NCBI GenBank assembly: GCA_964016885.1 | Contig: OZ024744.1 | Location: 116,064,001-116,128,000 of the forward strand | Reading direction: 5' to 3' | DNA from: Eledone cirrhosa | Lineage: Eukaryota | Length of the DNA: 64,000 nt | Shown here: positions 1-12,100 of the stretch, piece after piece | Layout of the letters: every line of letters starts with the position of its first letter | How positions within the stretch are numbered: the first letter of the stretch is position 1 | The notes under the pieces: generated by a model | What the model was told of the DNA's origin: nothing | Seen by the model: the letters and a program-made list of their open reading frames with translations, nothing else | Databases searched by the model: none | Made by a program: the position numbers and the translations under genes

Positions 1-366
1 TCTTGTCTCTCTCTATATATATATAATGTCTCTCATATCTTGTCTCTCTCTATATATATAATGTCTCTCATATCTTGTCTCTCTCTCTATATATATAATG
101 TCTCTCATATCTTGTCTCTCTCTCTATATATATATAATGTCTCTCATATCTTGTCTCTCTCTCTCTCTATATATAATGTCTTTCATATCTTGTCTCTCTC
201 TCTATATATATATAAAGTCTCTCATATCTTGTCTCTCTCTCTATATACAATGTCTCTCATATCTTGTCTCTCTCTCTCTATAAATATATAATGTCTCTCA
301 TATCTTGTCTCTCTCTCTCTATATATATAATGTCTCTCATATCTTGTCTCTCTCTCTATATATATA

Positions 367-1035
367 ATGTCTCTCATATCTTATCTCTCTCTCTCTATAT
401 ATATATAATGTCTCTCATATCTTGTCTCTGTCTCTCTATATATATATAATGTCTCTCATATCTTGTCTCTCTCTCTCTCTATATTTATGTAATGTCTCTC
501 ATATCTTGTCTCTCTCTCTATATATATAATGTCTCTCATATCTTGTCTCTCTCTCTATATGTATATAATGTCTCTCATATCTTGTCTCTCTCTCTCTATA
601 TATATAATGTCTCTCATATCTTGTCTCTCTCTCTATATATATATAATGTCTCTCATATCTTGTCTCTCTCTCTCTATATATATAATGTCTCTCATATCTT
701 ATCTCTCTCTCTATATATATAATGTCTCTCATATCTTGTCTCTCTCTCTATATATATATATAATGTCTCTCATATCTTGTCTCTCTCTCTATATGTATAT
801 AATGTCTCTCATATCTTGTCCCTCTCTCTCTATATATATAATGTCTCTCATATCTTGTCTCTCTCCCTCTCTCTCTATATAATGTCTCTCATATCTTGTC
901 TCTCTCTCTCTATATATATATAATGTCTCTCATATCTTGTCTCTCTCTCTATATATATAATGTCTCTCATATCTTGTCTCTCTCTCTATATACATATAAC
1001 GTCTCTCATATCTTGTCTCTCTCTCTATATATATA
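367..1035. repeat. Recurrent ~17-monomer variant cassette (reference copy)
   Basis: Ordered markers TTATC, TCTCTGTC, ATTTATGT, ATGTAT, TTATC, ATGTAT, GTCCC, CTCCCT, ATACAT/AACG. Matching pseudo-ORFs start at 529, 2381, 4749, 5956, 8432, 10239, 13736, 15584, 28397, 33631, 40879, 44686, 45957 and others. Confidence 0.9.
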
Positions 1036-1869
1036 ATGTCTCTCATATCTTGTCTCTCTCTCTCTATATATATATATAATGTCTCTCATATCTTGTCTCT
1101 CACTCTATATATATATAATGTCTCTCATATCTTGTCCCTCTCTCTCTATATATAATGTCTCTCATATCTTGTCTCTCTCTCTATATATACAATGTCTCTC
1201 ATATCTTGTCTCTCTCTCTATATATATATAATGTCTCTCATATCTTGTCTCTCTCTATATATATAATGTCTCTCATATCTTGTCGCTCTCTCTCTCTATA
1301 TATAATGTCTCTCATATCTTGTCTCTCTCTATATATATATAATGTCTCTCATATCTTGTCTCTCTCTCTATATATACAATGTCTCTCATATCTTCTCTCT
1401 CTCTCTATATATATATAATGTCTCTCATATCTTGTCTCTCTCTCTATATATACAATGTCTCTCATATCTTGTCTCTTTCTCTATATATATATAATGTCTC
1501 TCATATCTTGTCTCTCTCTCTATATATATATAATGTCTCTCATATCTTGTCTCTCTCTCTATATATATAATGTCTCTCATATCTTATCTCTCTCTCTATA
1601 TATATATAAAGTCTCTCATATCTTGTCTCTCTCTCTATATATAATGTCTCTCATATCTTGTGTCTCTCTCTCTCTATATATATATAATGTCTCTCATATC
1701 TTGTCTCTCTCTCTATATATATAATGTCTCTCATATCTTGTCTCTCTCTCTCTATATATATAATGTCTCTCATATTTTGTCTCTCTCTATATATATAATG
1801 TCTCTCATATCTTGTATCTCTCTCTATATATATAATGTCTCTCATATCTTGTCTCTCTCTCTATATATA

Positions 1870-4800
1870 TAATGTCTCTCATATCTTGTCTCTCTCTATA
1901 TATATAATGTCTCTCATATCTTGTCTCTCTCTCTATATATATAATGTCTCTCATATCTTGTCTCTCTCTCTATATATATATAATGTCTCTCATATCTTGT
2001 CTCTCTGTCTCTCTCTATATATAATGTCTCTCATATCTTGTCTCTCTCTCTATATATATATAAAGTCTCTCATATCTTGTCTCTCTCTCTATATACAATG
2101 TCTCTCATATCTTGTCTCTCTCTCTCTATATATATATAATGTCTCTCATATCTTGTCTCTCTCTCTCTATATATATAATGTCTCTCATATCTTGTCTCTC
2201 TCTCTATATATATAATGTCTCTCATATCTTATCTCTCTCTCTCTCTATATATATAATGTCTCTCATATCTTGTCTCTGTCTCTCTATATATATATAATGT
2301 TTCTCATATCTTGTCTCTCTCTCTCTCTCTCTATATTTATGTAATGTCTCTCATATCTTGTCTCTCTCTCTATATATATAATGTCTCTCATATCTTGTCT
2401 CTCTCTCTATATGTATATAATGTCTCTCATATCTTGTCTCTCTCTCTCTATATATATAATGTCTCTCATATCTTGTCTCTCTCTCTATATATATATAATG
2501 TCTCTCATATCTTGTCTCTCTCTCTCTATATATATAATGTCTCTCATATCTTATCTCTCTCTCTATATATATAATGTCTCTCATATCTTGTCTCTCTCTC
2601 TCTATATATATATAATGTCTCTCATATCTTGTCTCTCTCTCTATATGTATATAATGTCTCTCATATCTTGTCCCTCTCTCTCTATATATATAATGTCTCT
2701 CATATCTTGTCTCTCTCCCTCTCTCTCTATATAATGTCTCTCATATCTTGTCTCTCTCTCTCTATATATATATAATGTCTCTCATATCTTGTCTCTCTCT
2801 CTATATATATAATGTCTCTCATATCTTGTCTCTCTCTCTATATACATATAACGTCTCTCATATCTTGTCTCTCTCTCTATATATATAATGTCTCTCATAT
2901 CTTGTCTCTCTCTCTCTATATATATATATAATGTCTCTCATATCTTGTCTCTCTCTCTATATATATATAATGTCTCTCATATCTTGTCCCTCTCTCTCTA
3001 TAAATAATGTTTCTCATATCTTGTCCCTCTCTCTCTATATATATATAATGTCTCTCATATCTTGTCTTTTCTCTATATATATAATGTCTCTCATATCTTG
3101 TCTCTCTCTCTATATATATATATAATGTCTCTCATATCTTGTCTTTCTCTCTATATATATAATGTCTCTCATATCTTATCTTTCTCTCTCTATATATATA
3201 AAATGCCTCTCATATCTTGTCTCTCTCTCTATATATATATATAATGTCTCTCATATCTTGTCTCTCTGTTTATATATATAATGTCTCTCATATCTTGTCT
3301 CTCTCTCTCTATATATATATAATGTCTCTCATATCTTGTCTCTCTCTCTATATATACAATGTCTCTCATATCTTGTCTCTCTCTCTATATATATATATAT
3401 AATGTGTCTCATATCTTGTCTCTCTCTATGTATAATGTCTCTCATATCTTGTCGCTCTCTCTCTATATATATAATGTCTCTCATATCTTGTCTCTCTCTA
3501 TATATATATAATGTCTCTCATATCTTGTCTCTCTCTCTCTATATATATAATGTCTCTCATATCTTGTCTCTCTCTCTATATATATATAATGTCTCTCATA
3601 TCTTGTCTCTCTCTCTCTATATATATAATGTCTCTCATATCTTATCTCTCTCTCTATATATATAATGTCTCTCATATCTTGTCTCTCTCTCTATATATAT
3701 ATATAATGTCTCTCATATCTTGTCTCTCTCTCTATATGTATATAATGTCTCTCATATCTTGTCCCTCTCTCTCTATATATATAATGTCTCTCATATCTTG
3801 TCTCTCTCCCTCTCTCTCTATATAATGTCTCTCATATCTTGTCTCTCTCTCTCTCTATATATATAATGTCTCTCATATCTTGTCTCTCTCTCTATATATA
3901 TAATGTCTCTCATATCTTGTCTCTCTCTCTATATACATATAACGTCTCTCATATCTTGTCTCTCTCTCTATATATATAATGTCTCTCATATCTTGTCTCT
4001 CTCTCTCTATATATAATGTCTCTCATATCTTGTGTCTCTCTCTCTCTATATATATATAATGTCTCTCATATCTTGTCTCTCTCTCTATATATATAATGTC
4101 TCTCATATCTTGTCTCTCTCTCTCTCTATATATAATGTCTCTCATATCTTGTCTCTCTCTATATATATAATGTCTCTCATATCTTGTATCTCTCTCTATA
4201 TATATAATGTCTCTCATATCTTGTCTCTCTCTATATATATATAATGTCTCTCATATCTTGTCTCTCTCTATATATATAATGTCTCTCATATCTTGTCTCT
4301 CTCTCTATATATATAATGTCTCTCATATCTTGTCTCTCTCTCTATATATATATAATGTCTCTCATATCTTGTCTCTCTGTCTCTCTCTATATATAATGTC
4401 TTTCATATCTTGTCTCTCTCTCTATATATATATAAAGTCTCTCATATCTTGTCTCTCTCTCTATATACAATGTCTCTCATATCTTGTCTCTCTCTCTCTA
4501 TAAATATATAATGTCTCTCATATCTTGTCTCTCTCTCTCTATATATATAATGTCTCTCATATCTTGTCTCTCTCTCTATATATATAATGTCTCTCATATC
4601 TTATCTCTCTCTCTCTATATATATATAATGTCTCTCATATCTTGTCTCTGTCTCTCTATATATATATAATGTCTCTCATATCTTGTCTCTCTCTCTCTCT
4701 ATATTTATGTAATGTCTCTCATATCTTGTCTCTCTCTCTATATATATAATGTCTCTCATATCTTGTCTCTCTCTCTATATGTATATAATGTCTCTCATAT

Positions 4801-7800
4801 CTTGTCTCTCTCTCTCTATATATATAATGTCTCTCATATCTTGTCTCTCTCTCTATATATATATAATGTCTCTCATATCTTGTCTCTCTCTCTCTATATA
4901 TATAATGTCTCTCATATCTTATCTCTCTCTCTATATATATAATGTCTCTCATATCTTGTCTCTCTCTCTATATATATATATAATGTCTCTCATATCTTGT
5001 CTCTCTCTCTATATGTATATAATGTCTCTCATATCTTGTCCCTCTCTCTCTATATATATAATGTCTCTCATATCTTGTCTCTCTCCCTCTCTCTCTATAT
5101 AATGTCTCTCATATCTTGTCTCTCTCTCTCTATATATATATAATGTCTCTCATATCTTGTCTCTCTCTCTATATATATAATGTCTCTCATATCTTGTCTC
5201 TCTCTCTATATACATATAACGTCTCTCATATCTTGTCTCTCTCTCTATATATATAATGTCTCTCATATCTTGTCTCTCTCTCTCTCTATATATATATAAT
5301 GTCTCTCATATCTTGTCTCTCACTCTATATATATATAATGTCTCTCATATCTTGTCCCTCTCTCTCTATATATAATGTCTCTCATATCTTGTCTCTCTCT
5401 CTATATATACAATGTCTCTCATATCTTGTCTCTCTCTCTATATATATATAATGTCTCTCATATCTTGTCTCTCTCTATATATATAATGTCTCTCATATCT
5501 TGTCTCTCTCTCTATATATATAATGTCTCTCATATCTTGTCTCTCTCTCTATATATATATAATGTCTCTCATATCTTGTCTCTCTGTCTCTCTCTATATA
5601 TAATGTCTCTCATATCTTGTCTCTCTCTCTATATATATATAAAGTCTCTCATATCTTGTCTCTCTCTCTATATACAATGTCTCTCATATCTTGTCTCTCT
5701 CTCTCTATATATATATAATGTCTCTCATATCTTGTCTCTCTCTCTCTATATATATAATGTCTCTCATATCTTGTCTCTCTCTCTATATATATAATGTCTC
5801 TCATATCTTATCTCTCTCTCTCTCTATATATATAATGTCTCTCATATCTTGTCTCTGTCTCTCTATATATATATAATGTTTCTCATATCTTGTCTCTCTC
5901 TCTCTCTATATTTATGTAATGTCTCTCATATCTTGTCTCTCTCTCTATATATATAATGTCTCTCATATCTTGTCTCTCTCTCTATATGTATATAATGTCT
6001 CTCATATCTTGTCTCTCTCTCTCTCTATATATAATGTCTCTCATATCTTGTCTCTCTCTCTATATATATATAATGTCTCTCATATCTTGTCTCTCTCTCT
6101 CTATATATATAATGTCTCTCATATCTTATCTCTCTCTCTATATATATAATGTCTCTCATATCTTGTCTCTCTCTCTCTATATATATATAATGTCTCTCAT
6201 ATCTTGTCTCTCTCTCTATATGTATATAATGTCTCTCATATCTTGTCCCTCTCTCTCTCTATATATAATGTCTCTCATATCTTGTCTCTCTCCCTCTCTC
6301 TCTATATAATGTCTCTCATATCTTGTCTCTCTCTCTCTATATATATATAATGTCTCTCATATCTTGTCTCTCTCTCTATATATATAATGTCTCTCATATC
6401 TTGTCTCTCTCTCTATATACATATAACGTCTCTCATATCTTGTCTCTCTCTCTATATATATAATGTCTCTCATATCTTGTCTCTCTCTCTCTATATATAT
6501 ATATAATGTCTCTCATATCTTGTCTCTCTCTCTATATATATATAATGTCTCTCATATCTTGTCCCTCTCTCTCTATAAATAATGTTTCTCATATCTTGTC
6601 CCTCTCTCTCTATATATATATAATGTCTCTCATATCTTGTCTCTTTCTCTATATATATAATGTCTCTCATATCTTGTCTCTCTCTCTATATATATATATA
6701 ATGTCTCTCATATCTTGTCTTTCTCTCTATATATATAATGTCTCTCATATCTTATCTTTCTCTCTCTATATATATAAAATGCCTCTCATATCTTGTCTCT
6801 CTCTCTCTATATATATATAATGTCTCTCATATCTTGTCTCTCTGTTTATATATATAATGTCTCTCATATCTTGTCTCTCTCTCTCTATATATATATAATG
6901 TCTCTCATATCTTGTCTCTCTCTCTATATATACAATGTCTCTCATATCTTGTCTCTCTCTCTATATATATATAATGTGTCTCATATCTTGTCTCTCTCTA
7001 TGTATAATGTCTCTCATATCTTGTCGCTCTCTCTCTATATATATAATGTCTCTCATATCTTGTCTCTCTCTATATATATATAATGTCTCTCATATCTTGT
7101 CTCTCTCTCTCTATATATATAATGTCTCTCATATCTTGTCTCTCTCTCTATATATATATAATGTCTCTCATATCTTGTCTCTCTCTCTCTATATATATAA
7201 TGTCTCTCATATCTTATCTCTCTCTCTATATATATAATGTCTCTCATATCTTGTCTCTCTCTCTATATATATATATAATGTCTCTCATATCTTGTCTCTC
7301 TCTCTATATGTATATAATGTCTCTCATATCTTGTCCCTCTCTCTCTATATATATAATGTCTCTCATATCTTGTCTCTCTCCCTCTCTCTCTATATAATGT
7401 CTCTCATATCTTGTCTCTCTCTCTCTCTATATATATAATGTCTGTCATATCTTGTCTCTCTCTCTATATATATAATGTCTCTCATATCTTGTCTCTCTCT
7501 CTATATACATATAACGTCTCTCATATCTTGTCTCTCTCTCTATATATATAATGTCTCTCATATCTTGTCTCTCTCTCTCTATATATAATGTCTCTCATAT
7601 CTTGTGTCTCTCTCTCTCTATATATATATAATGTCTCTCATATCTTGTCTCTCTCTCTATATATATAATGTCTCTCATATCTTGTCTCTCTCTCTCTCTA
7701 TATATAATGTCTCTCATATCTTGTCTCTCTCTATATATATAATGTCTCTCATATCTTGTATCTCTCTCTATATATATAATGTCTCTCATATCTTGTCTCT

Positions 7801-9160
7801 CTCTATATATATATAATGTCTCTCATATCTTGTCTCTCTCTATATATATAATGTCTCTCATATCTTGTCTCTCTCTCTCTATATATATAATGTCTCTCAT
7901 ATCTTGTATCTCTCTCTATATATATAATGTCTCTCATATCTTGTCTCTCTCTATATATATATAATGTCTCTCATATCTTGTCTCTCTCTATATATATAAT
8001 GTCTCTCATATCTTGTCTCTCTCTCTATATATATATAATGTCTCTCATATCTTGTCTCTCTGTCTCTCTCTATATATAATGTCTTTCATATCTTGTCTCT
8101 CTCTCTATATATATATAAAGTCTCTCATATCTTGTCTCTCTCTCTATATACAATGTCTCTCATATCTTGTCTCTCTCTCTCTATAAATATATAATGTCTC
8201 TCATATCTTGTCTCTCTCTCTATATATATATAATGTCTCTCATATCTTGTCTCTCTCTCTATATATATAATGTCTCTCATATCTTATCTCTCTCTCTCTA
8301 TATATATATAATGTCTCTCATATCTTGTCTCTGTCTCTCTATATATATATAATGTCTCTCATATCTTGTCTCTCTCTCTCTCTATATTTATGTAATGTCT
8401 CTCATATCTTGTCTCTCTCTCTATATATATAATGTCTCTCATATCTTGTCTCTCTCTCTATATGTATATAATGTCTCTCATATCTTGTCTCTCTCTCTCT
8501 ATATATATAATGTCTCTCATATCTTGTCTCTCTCTCTATATATATATAATGTCTCTCATATCTTGTCTCTCTCTCTCTATATATATAATGTCTCTCATAT
8601 CTTATCTCTCTCTCTATATATATAATGTCTCTCATATCTTGTCTCTCTCTCTATATATATATATAATGTCTCTCATATCTTGTCTCTCTCTCTATATGTA
8701 TATAATGTCTCTCATATCTTGTCCCTCTCTCTCTATATATATAATGTCTCTCATATCTTGTCTCTCTCCCTCTCTCTCTATATAATGTCTCTCATATCTT
8801 GTCTCTCTCTCTCTATATATATATAATGTCTCTCATATCTTGTCTCTCTCTCTATATATATAATGTCTCTCATATCTTGTCTCTCTCTCTATATACATAT
8901 AACGTCTCTCATATCTTGTCTCTCTCTCTATATATATAATGTCTCTCATATCTTGTCTCTCTCTCTCTATATATATATAATGTCTCTCATATCTTGTCTC
9001 TCACTCTATATATATATAATGTCTCTCATATCTTGTCCCTCTCTCTCTATATATAATGTCTCTCATATCTTGTCTCTCTCTCTATATATACAATGTCTCT
9101 CATATCTTGTCTCTCTCTCTATATATATATAATGTCTCTCATGTCTTGTCTCTCTCTATA
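1870..9160. repeat. Higher-order tandem duplication, ~3.6 kb period (~1870-5480 vs ~5450-9160)
   Basis: Matching ORF pairs 2381/5956 and 2931/6506 (+3575), 3481/7053 and 4023/7595 (+3572), 4484/8167 (+3683 after a local expansion). Confidence 0.85.
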
Positions 9161-12100
9161 TATATAATGTCTCTCATATCTTGTCGCTCTCTCTCTCTAT
9201 ATATAATGTCTCTCATATCTTGTCTCTCTCTATATATATATAATGTCTCTCATATCTTGTCTCTCTCTCTATATATACAATGTCTCTCATATCTTCTCTC
9301 TCTCTCTATATATATATAATGTCTCTCATATCTTGTCTATCTCTCTATATATACAATGTCTCTCATATCTTGTCTCTTTCTCTATATATATATAATGTCT
9401 CTCATATCTTGTCTCTCTCTCTATATATATATAATGTCTCTCATATCTTGTCTCTCTCTCTATATATATAATGTCTCTCATATCTTATCTCTCTCTCTAT
9501 ATATATATAAAGTCTCTCATATCTTGTCTCTCTCTCTATATATAATGTCTCTCATATCTTGTGTCTCTCTCTCTCTATATATATAATGTCTCTCATATCT
9601 TGTCTCTCTCTCTCTATATATATAATGTCTCTCATATCTTGTCTCTCTCTATATATATAATGTCTCTCATATCTTGTATCTCTCTCTATATATATAATGT
9701 CTCTCATATCTTGTCTCTCTCTCTATATATATAATGTCTCTCATATCTTGTCTCTCTCTATATATATAATGTCTCTCATATCTTGTCTCTCTCTCTCTAT
9801 ATATAATGTCTCTCATATCTTGTCTCTCTCTCTATATATATATAATGTCTCTCATATCTTGTCTCTCTGTCTCTCTCTATATATAATGTCTCTCATATCT
9901 TGTCTCTCTCTCTATATATATATAAAGTCTCTCATATCTTGTCTCTCTCTCTATATACAATGTCTCTCATATCTTGTCTCTCTCTCTCTATATATATATA
10001 ATGTCTCTCATATCTTGTCTCTCTCTCTATATATATATAATGTCTCTCATATCTTGTCTCTCTCTCTATATATATAATGTCTCTCATATCTTATCTCTCT
10101 CTCTCTCTATATATATAATGTCTCTCATATATTGTCTCTGTCTCTCTATATATATATAATGTTTCTCATATCTTGTCTCTCTCTCTCTCTATATTTATGT
10201 AATGTCTCTCATATCTTGTCTCTCTCTCTATATATATAATGTCTCTCATATCTTGTCTCTCTCTCTATATGTATATAATGTCTCTCATATCTTGTCTCTC
10301 TCTCTCTCTATATATAATGTCTCTCATATCTTGTCTCTCTCTCTATATATATATAATGTCTCTCATATCTTGTCTCTCTCTCTCTATATATATAATGTCT
10401 CTCATATCTTATCTCTCTCTCTATATATATAATGTCTCTCATATCTTGTCTCTCTCTCTCTATATATATATAATGTCTCTCATATCTTGTCTCTCTCTCT
10501 ATATGTATATAATGTCTCTCATATCTTGTCCCTCTCTCTCTCTATATATAATGTCTCTCATATCTTGTCTCTCTCCCTCTCTCTCTATATAATGTCTCTC
10601 ATATCTTGTCTCTCTGTCTCTATATATATATAATGTCTCTCATATCTTGTCTCTCTCTCTATATATATAATGTCTCTCATATCTTGTCTCTCTCTCTATA
10701 TACATATAACGTCTCTCATATCTTGTCTCTCTCTCTATATATATAATGTCTCTCATATCTTGTCTCTCTCTCTCTATATATATATATAATGTCTCTCATA
10801 TCTTGTCTCTCTCTCTATATATATATAATGTCTCTCATATCTTGTCCCTCTCTCTCTATAAATAATGTTTCTCATATCTTGTCCCTCTCTCTCTATATAT
10901 ATATAATGTCTCTCATATCTTGTCTCTTTCTCTATATATATAATGTCTCTCATATCTTGTCTCTCTCTCTATATATATATATAATGTCTCTCATATCTTG
11001 TCTTTCTCTCTATATATATAATGTCTCTCATATCTTATCTTTCTCTCTCTATATATATAAAATGCCTCGCATATCTTGTCTCTCTCTCTCTCTATATATA
11101 TAATGTCTCTCATATCTTGTCTCTCTGTTTATATATATAATGTCTCTCATATCTTGTCTCTCTCTCTCTATATATATATAATGTCTCTCATATCTTGTCT
11201 CTCTCTCTATATATACAATGTCTCTCATATCTTGTCTCTCTCTCTATATATATATAATGTGTCTCATATCTTGTCTCTCTCTATGTATAATGTCTCTCAT
11301 ATCTTGTCGCTCTCTCTCTATATATATAATGTCTCTCATATCTTGTCTCTCTCTATATATATATAATGTCTCTCATATCTTGTCTCTCTCTCTCTATATA
11401 TATAATGTCTCTCATATCTTGTCTCTCTCTATATATATAATGTCTCTCATATCTTGTCACTCTCTCTCTATATATATAATGTCTCCCATATCTTGTCTCT
11501 CTCTCTCTCTATATATATAATGTCTCTCATATCTTGTCTCTCTCTCTATATATACAATGTCTCTCATATCTTGTCTCTCTCTCTATATATATATAATGTC
11601 TCTCATATCTTGTCTCTCTCTCTCTATATATATAATGTCTCTCATATCTTGTCTCTCTCTCTATATATATAATGTCTCTCATATCTTATCTCTCTCTCTA
11701 TATATATATAAAGTCTCTCATTCTTGTCTCTCTCTCTATATATAATGTCTCTCATATCTTGTCTCTCTCTCTCTCTATATATATATAATGTCTCTCATAT
11801 CTTGTCTCTCTCTCTATATATATAATGTCTCTCATATCTTGTCTATCTCTCTATATATAATGTCTCTCATATCTTGTCTCTCTCTCTATAAATATATAAT
11901 GTCTCTCATATCTCGTCTCTCTCTCTCTCTATATATATAATGTCTCACATATCTTGTCTCTCTCTCTCTATATATATATAATGTCTCTCATAGCCTGTCT
12001 CTCTCTCTCTCTATATATAATGTCTCTCATATCTTGTCTCTCTCTCTATATATATAATGTCTCTCATAACTTGTCTCTCTGTCTCTCTCTATATATAATG

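Noticed and set aside
736-764. Sigma70-like promoter TTGTCT-N17-TATAAT in 41-bp monomers, and TATAAATA boxes in variant units (e.g. ~2999)
   Set aside because: This is a by-product of the TA tract meeting AATG. There is no downstream gene and no prokaryotic context.
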